This document shows, piece by piece, positions 10,744-20,108 of a stretch of DNA of 56,549 nucleotides. Source of the DNA: a virus (taxonomy: Duplodnaviria > Caudoviricetes); IMG/VR virus record IMGVR_UViG_3300036846_000279, positions 1 through 56,549 of that record; one strand, written 5' to 3'. How positions within the stretch are numbered: the stretch's first letter is position 1; each line of letters starts with the position of its first letter. The notes under the pieces are model-generated. The model had not been told where the DNA came from, ran no database searches, and worked only from the letters and a program-made list of their open reading frames with translations. The position numbers were made by a program, and so were the translations under genes.

Positions 10744-11360
10744 CAAGCTCAGTCATCAGCCCGCAGTTTAGTAAGATCTTCGTTGCTTCTGATTTGGAGC
10801 AGTCAATACTCGACTCTTTGAGTACATGGTTTCCCACGTATCTCAGAGAAATCGAGCGTCAGACAGGTATCACTGTAGGCTCAACCAAACCTCCAGTAAA
10901 CTACAGCAACCGCAACAAGTTCGATACTCTAGCTGGTGAAGCTGTACCCAAAGTCGTGTGTATCAGTCCTGGGACTGTTGGCGGTCCGATAGTTAGTGGA
11001 CGATCAATTTCTATGACTTGGGCTGTAGGGGTTGGTGTGGTAATGGCCGCTAGATCTGAAGGGCTTGCTAATAAGCAAATCAAGATCTACGGCGCTGCTG
11101 CGAGAGCAATCGTACTACAGCAGTTCCTAAGGACAGGCGTAGTAGTCGATATACAATTCCTGTCTGAGAACTACGAAGATCTGCCAGTACGTACTCAGAA
11201 TCAACACGCCAGAGCTGCTGGTGTTTACTTTGCAATGAATGTCTCGGATATCGTTAGAAAAGGTGGAATGGGTATCGGACCATTGGAGCCTGACGAAGAT
11301 CCTTACACGTATGGTGAAGCTGAAACAATCATCATTGACCTTGAAAAGGAGGATCAATGA
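10740..11360 (+). CDS. Tail completion/terminator protein
   Basis: Position between neck and sheath genes. Confidence 0.55.
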   Translation: MTSSVISPQFSKIFVASDLEQSILDSLSTWFPTYLREIERQTGITVGSTKPPVNYSNRNKFDTLAGEAVPKVVCISPGTVGGPIVSGRSISMTWAVGVGVVMAARSEGLANKQIKIYGAAARAIVLQQFLRTGVVVDIQFLSENYEDLPVRTQNQHARAAGVYFAMNVSDIVRKGGMGIGPLEPDEDPYTYGEAETIIIDLEKEDQ

Positions 11361-11575
11361 AGCGCCGTTATGTTGGTAACTACGCTCGCGAAATCAAGGT
11401 CGGTGATGCCTATGTTCAGACTGCTCCTGGTGATTTCATCGAGCTTGACGCCACAAACGAAGAAGAGACAGAGAACAAAGAACTGATTGACAATGGGACT
11501 CTGATCCCTGCTAATGGTGAGACAGTAAAGCCTGTTCCGGTAGCCTCAAGTAAGGTGGAAGGGGGTGACAAGTAG
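11357..11575 (+). CDS. Hypothetical protein
   Basis: Strong RBS AAGGAGG; coupled to its neighbours. Confidence 0.7.
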   Translation: MKRRYVGNYAREIKVGDAYVQTAPGDFIELDATNEEETENKELIDNGTLIPANGETVKPVPVASSKVEGGDK

Positions 11576-12996
11576 TGCCGCGTCCTGGTGTAGATGTTAG
11601 TATTCTAGAACTACCTGGTGCTGTATCTGTTCCTACTGATACTGGCGTTTGGTTTGTTACTGGAATCACTGAAAGAGGTCCACTGACTCCTTCACTGGTA
11701 CAGTCTCTCAACGACTTCAACAACCAGTTCGGTCAGAGAGTCAGCTATTCCATCATCTACGACTGCATGGAAACGTATTTCCGCGAAGGTGGTAACTCAG
11801 CTTACATCGCGCGTGTTGTTGGTCCTGCCGCAGCTGTGGGGACTTTGAATCTTCCCGACGCTTCCGCAGCGATTTCACTTGTCGCAAATGGTAATGGTCC
11901 GGGTGCTTGGTCAGCTAACTACAAGATCGCTGTAATTGCTGGTGTCACTCCTGGGACATACATCATTGAGGTTGAAGATCTACTCGGCAACATCTTGGAA
12001 AGCTCAGGAGAATTGCCGGATCAGCCTTCTGCTGTTGCGTGGAGTCAGTATTCAAACTACGTTCGTATTACTCAAGGCGCGGCTCTTGATAACCCTGCAC
12101 CTATGGCTGCTACTGCACTTAGTGCAGGTAATGATGATAGAGCTAATGCTACTGATGCTCAGTATCAGGCTGCTCTTGATTCGTTTGGTATCGGTCTTGG
12201 GCCGGGTCAGGTTTCTTCGCCTGGTCGCACTACTGCCACAGCATATGCACAGTTGGTTGCTCACGCAGACGCCAAGCGTCGTGTAGCAATTCTGGACGGG
12301 GCTAACACTCCTACAGCGGCGACTCTAATTAGTGCGTTTTCAACCATCACTGATAGATTTACTGCTGTTTTCGCACCTTGGATGATTATCCCTGGTGTCG
12401 TAGTTAACACGACTAGGACTGTTCCTCCGTCTCCGTTTATCGCTGGACTGTGTTGCCAGAACGATCATCTACTTGGTCCTAACGCAGCTTCGGCAGGTAA
12501 CGATGGTCAGTCAGCGTTTGCTCTCGATCTGACTCAGCCTGACTGGAATGATACCGATAGAGCAAATCTGAACAACAACGGCATCAATGTCATCCGTAGA
12601 ATGTATGGCGGAATTCGTAACTACGGTTGGCGTTCTCAGGCTAACCCGAACAGTGATAGAAACTGGCTGAGCTTTGGTAACAGTCGGTTGTATATGGCTA
12701 TCGCCGCTGAGCTTGATCAGGCTGGCGAGAATTATATGTTCAGTGAGATTGATGGGCAGCAGGGACTTACAATCCAGATGTTTGGTCAGGCTCTTAACTC
12801 GGTGCTTGACTCACACTGGCGCGCAGGTGAATTGTTTGGTACTGCTGCTCAGGCTTACTCGGTTGATGTAGGCCCCACAGTCAACACTCTACAGACAATC
12901 GCAAACCTCGAACTTCATGCGGTTTGCTATGTTCTGATGAGTCCGTTTGCTGAGTGGGTAGAAATTCAGGTTGTCAAGAACAAGATCGGTCAGTGA
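11575..12996 (+). CDS. Contractile tail sheath protein
   Basis: N-terminal RPGV; GPGAW, VPPS, GINVIR and PFAEWV motifs typical of sheaths. Confidence 0.92.
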   Translation: MPRPGVDVSILELPGAVSVPTDTGVWFVTGITERGPLTPSLVQSLNDFNNQFGQRVSYSIIYDCMETYFREGGNSAYIARVVGPAAAVGTLNLPDASAAISLVANGNGPGAWSANYKIAVIAGVTPGTYIIEVEDLLGNILESSGELPDQPSAVAWSQYSNYVRITQGAALDNPAPMAATALSAGNDDRANATDAQYQAALDSFGIGLGPGQVSSPGRTTATAYAQLVAHADAKRRVAILDGANTPTAATLISAFSTITDRFTAVFAPWMIIPGVVVNTTRTVPPSPFIAGLCCQNDHLLGPNAASAGNDGQSAFALDLTQPDWNDTDRANLNNNGINVIRRMYGGIRNYGWRSQANPNSDRNWLSFGNSRLYMAIAAELDQAGENYMFSEIDGQQGLTIQMFGQALNSVLDSHWRAGELFGTAAQAYSVDVGPTVNTLQTIANLELHAVCYVLMSPFAEWVEIQVVKNKIGQ

Positions 12997-13014
12997 GGAA
13001 GGAGGTTGGTATAA

Positions 13015-13473
13015 ATGGCTGCGCCTGTTCAGTGGACTGCACCTACTAGGCAAGATACATGGCAGATCACGGTTCATCTTGGAGGAAACACCACAGGTGT
13101 TTGGGACAAGAGAACTGGTGGTGAGCTGGATTCAGAGGAAACCAAGTATAGCCCTGGTGGAATGAATCCTCAGCTTTCACTCGGTGGTCGTCATGTTCCT
13201 GGTAACGTTGTGCTACAGAGGATCTATGATCGCGTTGCCGATCATGCTATTTTGCAGGACTGGCTTGACGGTGTAGGTCATGAAGTAGTTGATGTTTACA
13301 CTCAGCCTATGGACCCGAACGGCAATGTGTATGGTCCGTCTATCTATCACACAGGAAAGCTCAAGAAGGTTGCATTTCCTGATGTGGATAGCGAATCAAG
13401 CACCGCTGCCTTGTTTGAAATCGAGGTATCTATCGGTGCCGATCCTAAGATGGCTGCATTCCCAGGTTACTAA
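13015..13473 (+). CDS. Tail tube protein
   Basis: 152 aa directly after the sheath; gp19-like GNVVLQR and terminal IEVSI pattern. Confidence 0.8.
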   Translation: MAAPVQWTAPTRQDTWQITVHLGGNTTGVWDKRTGGELDSEETKYSPGGMNPQLSLGGRHVPGNVVLQRIYDRVADHAILQDWLDGVGHEVVDVYTQPMDPNGNVYGPSIYHTGKLKKVAFPDVDSESSTAALFEIEVSIGADPKMAAFPGY

Positions 13474-13493
13474 GCTAGTCAGGAGAGAGAAAA

Positions 13494-14081
13494 GTGAGTA
13501 GTTTCGACGAGGATGAAGGCGCCGAAACTGTAATCCTGAAACGAGAAGAGTTTAGTGATGATGGTCCCACAATGTTTAGGGATGCATCGTTGGTCGATCT
13601 TCTCAAACAGGATCTACAGGAGATTACAGAAAACAAAGAGGTATATATCTCCGTTGTGGGATATGAGAAAACTGGTCTAGCAGTTAGATATCATCTGCCC
13701 GAGAACGGTAAGGAGCTTGACAACATCGGGCGTAAGGTGATGCGTGAATACAAAGACCAGTTTTCTCGCAACCTCTATATCGGGATTGACACGATGATTC
13801 ATCTATGTATGGGTCTATACATCAAGCCTCCCGGTATTTCTGAAGAGTACATTGAACTTGATCCAGAAATGGAAGGCTCACCTGTGGGGTTTGATTACAG
13901 ACTCGCGGGTATTCTCGGTATGGATCAAGACGGTAGTACCGCACGTCTGGTAGTCAAAAAGGTCTTCGGTAACAACGATCTAGCTATTATCGGTCATGCT
14001 GAGAAGCTCAACCGTTGGTTGATGAATACCAAGGCTGATCTCAGCTTGGAGTTGTGGCAAGTGGGGGAAGCCCAAGAATAG
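13494..14081 (+). CDS. Tail assembly chaperone
   Basis: Between tube and tape measure; ends in a slippery GGGGGAA. Confidence 0.7.
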   Translation: MSSFDEDEGAETVILKREEFSDDGPTMFRDASLVDLLKQDLQEITENKEVYISVVGYEKTGLAVRYHLPENGKELDNIGRKVMREYKDQFSRNLYIGIDTMIHLCMGLYIKPPGISEEYIELDPEMEGSPVGFDYRLAGILGMDQDGSTARLVVKKVFGNNDLAIIGHAEKLNRWLMNTKADLSLELWQVGEAQE

Positions 14082-14266
14082 TCGAATCAGCCGCACAGCT
14101 AGCTTTTTTCGGCTTAGACCCATTCAAGTTTCTTAACTGCCGTGATCCCGTAGAGAGAATGATCTTCATAGAGATGGCCAAATATCTCCAAAAGATGCAC
14201 GAAGTTAGGGATCACAACCTAGCTGTAGAAATTGCAAATCAAGTAGGACGCTTGTTCAAAAAGTAA
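14054..14266 (+). CDS. Tail assembly chaperone, probable -1 frameshift extension
   Basis: Overlaps the preceding ORF in the -1 frame across GGGGGAA at 14063-14069. Confidence 0.65.
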   Translation: MASGGSPRIVESAAQLAFFGLDPFKFLNCRDPVERMIFIEMAKYLQKMHEVRDHNLAVEIANQVGRLFKK

Positions 14267-14280
14267 TGACTGGAATGTGA

Positions 14281-16272
14281 ATGCCATTCGCTAGTCTTAG
14301 TGCAGGCGAGAGAATTCGCGTCATCCTAGAACTTCTAGGTGGTGCTGAATACGTCGCTAAAACTGATGCAGCGTCAGCGGCTACTGCGGGTTTCGGTGAA
14401 AGAGTCAAATTCGCAGGAGATCAAGCTGTCAAAGCTAGCAAGAAGACATTTGCATTCCAGCAGGGAATCTTTACCCTAAGACGTATCGCATTCTATAGCA
14501 CTCTCGCACTTGGCGCTTTGGGATTTGAAGCAATCAAGATGGGGCTTTCATTTGATGCCTCAATGCAGAATGCTACAATCGCGTTTCAGGGATTTCTTCC
14601 AAACGCACGAGCGATTAAAGATGAACTCCATGGATTGTATGTTTATGCAGCGCAAACGCCGTTTCAGTTTCCAGATCTTGTAATTGCTACAAGACGGCTT
14701 TTGCCATTCATTGGTAATGTAAAAGTCACTAATCAGACTGTTCGTGCTCTCAGTGATTCACTGGCTGCGGCAGGTACGCCTACTGGACCAGCTTTGACAA
14801 GAGCTACGCTACAGATAGCTCATATGGCTAACGTCGGTAGACTGACAGGCCAGATTCTTCTGAGCTTGGGTCGTGATAACATTCCGATGATGAAAGCTCT
14901 GCAAGCTGCGTTCCACAAGACTGGTGCTGAAATCAGAGCAGCGATTAGTTCTGGAGCTATTGATGCTCAGACGGCCCTCACAGCTCTAATTCAGTATACG
15001 CAGACGACGCCTGGTTACATCAACAAGGCTGTAGAGTTCTCACGACATTCGGTTACTGGTGCATTCAGCACGTTCAAAGATCTCGTTCGTTTTGCATTCG
15101 GTTCAAGCACAACGGGTGTTTTCAATGGAGCACTCTCAGTACTGAATAAGATCAACGATGCTATTCTGCCACTGGTAAAAGGCAATAAGCCCGTCACTAT
15201 TACAAATCTGGCCCAGGCCATTGATAGAGGTCTAACACCAAAAACCCATATTCTAATCAATACATTCATTGCGTTACAGACGACGTTGAAAGATGTATAC
15301 TCATTCTTTAAAACTGTTGCGGGAGTGGTTTCATCACTTGCGAATGCTTTTGATTATCTAACAGGGAAGACTCATAGTACAGGTCTAGCCGCCAGGACTT
15401 TTGGTCATATCTTGGGGGGAGTTGTCATTGTAATTCTTCTCGCTGAGGCTAAGACAATTCTTCTGCGTAACACTCTTATAGTCTTGAGTGCGGGCGTATG
15501 GCTAGCTAATACTGCTTGGATTGTTTTTACTGGTAGACTTCTCTTCGCAGAAAAAGAAATCACTGTTGTCCAAACACTTTTGTACAAACTTAGATTGGCA
15601 ATCATTGCGACTTCTAGTGCGCTCTGGGATCTAATTGGACCATTCATAATCGCATTCGGCTGGGAAATTGCAATTGTGGCAGTAACTCTGATCTTGGCTG
15701 GTGCGTTGATTTACCTCTACTTCAAGTGGAAATGGTTCCATGATCTAGTTAATAGCACAATAGAGATCATGTGGAAGTATTGGTATATTCTAGGGCTACT
15801 CACCCTAATGATTCCAATCTTTGGGCCGTATATCTATATAATCGGTCTGTTGGTTAAGTACTGGAAGTACGTGAAAGATGCCATCGAAGCAGTCGTTTCT
15901 GCCGTTCAGACTCTTTTCCATTGGTTTACTAGGCTATTCAACATCAATACCAAAGGTGGAGTGCTTGGTGTACTAGAAAGATTGGGCGGAATAGTTACTA
16001 ATCCAGTGGGCTCCTTAGCTGGTGCTGTGGGTCTACATTTCCAAGCCGGTGGTATCATGCCAACCACGGGAATGGCTATTGTTGGTGAGCATGGTCCTGA
16101 AGTTGTGCATCTACCAGCAGGATCACGAATCAGTCCTAGACCGAATACAGATTCAGTTTTTGATCCACAAGCTACCAGTAGTCAGCCAATCACGATTCAG
16201 CTAGTTCTGAATCGCAGAGTCCTTGAGGAAGCAATAGTGGATATTCAGCAGAGGCGTAATGGCCGCTCCTAG
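14281..16272 (+). CDS. Tape measure protein
   Basis: AAQTPFQFPDL tape-measure motif; hydrophobic/Trp-periodic central region; C-terminal VGEHGPE. Confidence 0.9.
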   Translation: MPFASLSAGERIRVILELLGGAEYVAKTDAASAATAGFGERVKFAGDQAVKASKKTFAFQQGIFTLRRIAFYSTLALGALGFEAIKMGLSFDASMQNATIAFQGFLPNARAIKDELHGLYVYAAQTPFQFPDLVIATRRLLPFIGNVKVTNQTVRALSDSLAAAGTPTGPALTRATLQIAHMANVGRLTGQILLSLGRDNIPMMKALQAAFHKTGAEIRAAISSGAIDAQTALTALIQYTQTTPGYINKAVEFSRHSVTGAFSTFKDLVRFAFGSSTTGVFNGALSVLNKINDAILPLVKGNKPVTITNLAQAIDRGLTPKTHILINTFIALQTTLKDVYSFFKTVAGVVSSLANAFDYLTGKTHSTGLAARTFGHILGGVVIVILLAEAKTILLRNTLIVLSAGVWLANTAWIVFTGRLLFAEKEITVVQTLLYKLRLAIIATSSALWDLIGPFIIAFGWEIAIVAVTLILAGALIYLYFKWKWFHDLVNSTIEIMWKYWYILGLLTLMIPIFGPYIYIIGLLVKYWKYVKDAIEAVVSAVQTLFHWFTRLFNINTKGGVLGVLERLGGIVTNPVGSLAGAVGLHFQAGGIMPTTGMAIVGEHGPEVVHLPAGSRISPRPNTDSVFDPQATSSQPITIQLVLNRRVLEEAIVDIQQRRNGRS

Positions 16273-17152
16273 AAAGAAACCACCAGCTCATCGTGTTCCA
16301 CAAGCTAAGCCTAAGGCTAAAGCTCCACCCCATCGCATTCCATCAGCTAAGCCTAAGAAAAAAGCTCCGCCTAAGCATGTTCCGCCTAAGCCCAAGCCTA
16401 AGCATATTTCAACAGGCGGTAGAACTGCTCCAGCACCACCTAGTTTTGCGCCTATTCCAGCACCAAAGTATTTCGTAACCTTTCAATCTACAGGCATCAC
16501 GCCTGTGGTGGTCTTGTTAGGAACGACCCCGATCACCATAAGTGGAGGTTATGGAGGTTGGACTGTAACAAGCAGAGAACGTAGAGTAGGACTGACTACA
16601 TGGGCTGGTCGTGATCCGTTACGTATGCAGGTGCCAATCTTATTTGACGGCTTTGCCAATAAGATCAGCCAAGAGCTAGCTATTTCTCGGTTGAGTAGAA
16701 TGGCTGTTGGGACTGCAACACAAGAAGAACCTCCACTTGTTACAGTTGGCGGGCCTGGTGTCCCAAAACCCACAGGACCAACTCAATGGGTTATTGAGAG
16801 TCTCACTTGGGGAACCAATGTCATTTGGGATTTCTCATATCTAGGCGTAATGTCACGTCTGCGTCAGGATTGTACTGTCAATCTGTTGCAGTACGTGGCA
16901 GGCGACAGAGTAGCTTTTAAGAACCTCAAGGTTGGCACGGGTATTCAAGCTGCGCCCAAGAGTACCAAGGTAGCTCCGAAAGGTTGGCAACAAACGGTTA
17001 CCGCAAGACAAGGTGATACGCTCAAGAAGATTGCAGCTAGAGTGTATAAGCCTGCTAACCCAGGAGACTGGAAGCTTATTAGTAAGGCTAATAACATTCG
17101 TGATCCCAACCACATCAAAAAAGGCACCAAGATCAGGATTCCGAAGAAGTAA
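16259..17152 (+). CDS. LysM-domain tail tube initiator/baseplate protein with Lys/Pro-rich N-terminus
   Basis: C-terminal GDTLKKIAARVY...W..I..ANNI.DPNHI..G..IRIP is a LysM domain. Confidence 0.85.
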   Translation: MAAPRKKPPAHRVPQAKPKAKAPPHRIPSAKPKKKAPPKHVPPKPKPKHISTGGRTAPAPPSFAPIPAPKYFVTFQSTGITPVVVLLGTTPITISGGYGGWTVTSRERRVGLTTWAGRDPLRMQVPILFDGFANKISQELAISRLSRMAVGTATQEEPPLVTVGGPGVPKPTGPTQWVIESLTWGTNVIWDFSYLGVMSRLRQDCTVNLLQYVAGDRVAFKNLKVGTGIQAAPKSTKVAPKGWQQTVTARQGDTLKKIAARVYKPANPGDWKLISKANNIRDPNHIKKGTKIRIPKK

Positions 17153-19362
17153 TGGCTAAGAAAAACGTACCCAAGCAGCCATCTGCAATCCAACAGCTTC
17201 GTCCATCAAAGCTGAATCAAACTCAGCTTGAATTGCTGGGCAACGATATTGATCTGAGTGATCTTTATCTCGCGTTCAATCACAAAGATATCAATATCGA
17301 AGAAGCCGTGACTGACATTACTGTTGATCGTAGCATCGAGAGTTCCAGTACCGTGACTGTGGAGGTTTTGGACAGGGATCGCGTGCTATTGACTTCTGGG
17401 CGTTTGTCAGCTAGGCAAGATATCGAGATTGATGGGCTGTACTTTAGGCTTACGGCGGTCAGAAAAACTGGCCCTGTTATCGAGCTATCCTTTGAGGATC
17501 GTGAGATTGCTCTGCTACGAACCTATGCTAAACTAATCAAACAATCGGGTGCTACTGCTCGCGGAAGTGTCACAAGAGCACAATTCATTCTACGGATGAT
17601 TAAGGAAGTCAAAGAGGTTAAGATTCCTTGGATTATCCCTGAATTGAATATCCCACAGCCTATAGATGGAGCCTCACAAGTTCTGCCAACTCTACAGCAG
17701 ACAGCTCAGCGTGGATTGGGTATCCCTAAGGTCAATGATCTTATGGTTAAAACCAAGCATATGAGCGAAGAGCAGCGTAAAAATGTCAACATGATTATTA
17801 ACGCTGGTCGCTCTAGGATTTATCCACGTCCTGTGATAGTCATGGCGATCATGTGTGCTATTCAGGAGAGCAGTATCACAAACCTGTTGCCTTGGCCTAT
17901 GGGTGGTGGACACGCAAGCGATACACCTGGCTACAATCCTGTAGGTGTTTTCCAACAGATTCCTTGGTACAATGGAAATAGAACTGCTTGGCCAGCAAGC
18001 CGAGATGTTACCAAGGACGCTATTGGATTCATGTCGGTTTGCGTAGGAAAATATAAAGCTGACCTTCATGGACATTATGGTGATATCATTGAGTCGGTCC
18101 AGCATTCCGGCAATGATGGACAAAAGACCTATGGGCAATGGAAGACTCAGGCAGAACGTATTGTAGACGCTTTCGGGTTTACTAAGGATGCTTCGACCGC
18201 AAATAACACACAGCAAGGTGCTATTGTTGGAGCATCAAACTACGAATTTTACCGCGGACTTCCGCCGAATAGTGTTATCCGTAAGCAAAAGTATAACGGG
18301 CGTTGGGGTCATGAGGATAGCTGGACTGCTATTCAAAGATTGGCCCGCGATGTAGCCTGGCGTGCATTCTTCGTGAGTGGAACATTCTACTATATCTCCG
18401 AAGATGATCTGTTCAGAGCGCAGCCGATCGCTGTTGTCAACGAGGAAGTAGATGGAGTTATATCTCTCGATGGCAACTACGACGAGTACAGCAAAAGTGC
18501 CGATCTGACTCTTCAGTGTCAGATGGATCGGTGGGCTGCTCCGCCAGGATCAATCGTGCAGATTACAGATATGGGACCTTGGGATGGGCGTTGGCTAGTC
18601 AACGATATCTCCAAATCACTGTTTGATCCTCAAGGTACTATCACACTCAAGAAGCCTATGCCTAAGCTGCCTGAGCCTAGTGGTGGAAACCTCGTTAAGG
18701 GTCAATCTCAGTCTCTTTGGACTCTTAAACCTAAGGCATTGAAATGGCAATCAGGTAGAGGTTCTTCGAGAACTCCTGTAGGTGATAGAACCTCACTGGC
18801 AAATGAGTTGCTAACGTTCCATGATCTTGGTCAGTGGAGAGACGATAACGGTAAGGGTCTGGATCAGATCAGAAGAACTGCTGCTGGCATGATGGTATCT
18901 AGCCAAGATCCTAGAGTAGGACAATGTTATCTTCAGGCAGATGTGTTGAGAGTAGTTGTTTGGCTAATTCATCAGGGATGGAAAGTCGGTACTTTTGCTT
19001 GGTGTTCTGACCATAGTGATGATTCAAACTGGGCATTAGGTGGTGCTCATGGTCATGCCGGTGGTTGGGCTGTAGATATATCAAGCCTGAATGGTTTGGC
19101 TATCAATCAATACACCAATCAATGCTACAAGAATGTGTATCAGGTAGACACGCTTCTACGTAATAGCAATCCGCCTCTACTGCCTCGCCAGCTAATTACT
19201 GGTGGTTACGGAAATGTTCGTAACATGACTTTGAGCGCATTCTGTATACCGGCTGCCGATTCATTTTATGGAGCAAAAACGATGGGTGAGCACTGTAACC
19301 ATATTCATGTAGGATATGGTATGAGAGCAGCCGATGGACATTATGCGTGGCCTGGTGCTTAA
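17152..19362 (+). CDS. Baseplate hub (gpD/gp27-like) with putative cell-wall hydrolase domains
   Basis: Hub pattern (EDSWTAIQRLA, GRWLVNDI); AIQESS..GVFQQ lysozyme-like insert; C-terminal H..G.AVD...HCNHIHVG. Confidence 0.7.
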   Translation: MAKKNVPKQPSAIQQLRPSKLNQTQLELLGNDIDLSDLYLAFNHKDINIEEAVTDITVDRSIESSSTVTVEVLDRDRVLLTSGRLSARQDIEIDGLYFRLTAVRKTGPVIELSFEDREIALLRTYAKLIKQSGATARGSVTRAQFILRMIKEVKEVKIPWIIPELNIPQPIDGASQVLPTLQQTAQRGLGIPKVNDLMVKTKHMSEEQRKNVNMIINAGRSRIYPRPVIVMAIMCAIQESSITNLLPWPMGGGHASDTPGYNPVGVFQQIPWYNGNRTAWPASRDVTKDAIGFMSVCVGKYKADLHGHYGDIIESVQHSGNDGQKTYGQWKTQAERIVDAFGFTKDASTANNTQQGAIVGASNYEFYRGLPPNSVIRKQKYNGRWGHEDSWTAIQRLARDVAWRAFFVSGTFYYISEDDLFRAQPIAVVNEEVDGVISLDGNYDEYSKSADLTLQCQMDRWAAPPGSIVQITDMGPWDGRWLVNDISKSLFDPQGTITLKKPMPKLPEPSGGNLVKGQSQSLWTLKPKALKWQSGRGSSRTPVGDRTSLANELLTFHDLGQWRDDNGKGLDQIRRTAAGMMVSSQDPRVGQCYLQADVLRVVVWLIHQGWKVGTFAWCSDHSDDSNWALGGAHGHAGGWAVDISSLNGLAINQYTNQCYKNVYQVDTLLRNSNPPLLPRQLITGGYGNVRNMTLSAFCIPAADSFYGAKTMGEHCNHIHVGYGMRAADGHYAWPGA

Positions 19363-19616
19363 TGCCAGACTTTCGCGATTTGATGCCAGATCCTCCAGAG
19401 CCTTGGGTGGTCTGGAATGGAATTGTCTCAAAAAACATTACAAACTTCGCCGACCTATTGATGGTAATTTTGCCTGATTGGGATGACACACTTGAATGGG
19501 GTCCTTGTCGCTGGCAACCTAGGGACGCAGTTACTCTTCCAAAAAAGGGCGATGAGTGTTTAGTGTTGCTTGACAACAATCGACAACCGTGGGTCGTAAC
19601 GTGGTGGCCTTTTTAG
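19362..19616 (+). CDS. Short baseplate spike / gpV-like OB-fold protein
   Basis: LPKKGDECLVL...PWVV motif; ATG overlaps the hub stop. Confidence 0.65.
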   Translation: MPDFRDLMPDPPEPWVVWNGIVSKNITNFADLLMVILPDWDDTLEWGPCRWQPRDAVTLPKKGDECLVLLDNNRQPWVVTWWPF

Positions 19617-19644
19617 TTCGCGAGGTATGAAGGGGGTGAATGCG

Positions 19645-19740
19645 ATGAAGTTCGGTACTATGGTGGTTAGCGTAAGTGATATTGCACTCGTAGTGATTGC
19701 GATCTTTGTGGTACTCGCGTATTTCAACGGTTGGGGATAA
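19645..19740 (+). CDS. 31-aa single-TM membrane peptide (MKFGTMVVSVSDIALVVIAIFVVLAYFNGWG)
   Basis: RBS AGGGGGTGA; stop overlaps the next ATG; not in the ORF track. Confidence 0.6.
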   Translation: MKFGTMVVSVSDIALVVIAIFVVLAYFNGWG

Positions 19741-20108
19741 TGGCTACCACAGCAGATATTCCACACTTCGATCATCCGTTTAGATTTGGTCCTAGTCTAG
19801 CAGTTGTAGTTGAGCAGGACAGTCCTGAAGACATTATCAATTGTGTTGCAGCTATTCTCCGTACAGAGCTTGGGGAGAGAGTAGATTTGCCCGAGTTTGG
19901 TATCAATAGTCCTGTGTTTGAAACTCAGCCAATTGATATCGCTCCTATCATTGAATTGATCGTTGAGCAGGAACCTCGGGCTGTTGCAGTAATCGACCAA
20001 GAACAGGACGTGATTGACCAACTGATTGTCAATCTGCTAGTCAATGTTACTCAAGCAGAAACACCTAATGTTCAGGTCCAGTTTGGGGTAGAGAATGTCC
20101 AGTCTTGA
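19740..20108 (+). CDS. Baseplate wedge protein (gp25/gpW-like)
   Basis: ILRTELGER...PEFG and EQEPR motifs. Confidence 0.85.
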   Translation: MATTADIPHFDHPFRFGPSLAVVVEQDSPEDIINCVAAILRTELGERVDLPEFGINSPVFETQPIDIAPIIELIVEQEPRAVAVIDQEQDVIDQLIVNLLVNVTQAETPNVQVQFGVENVQS

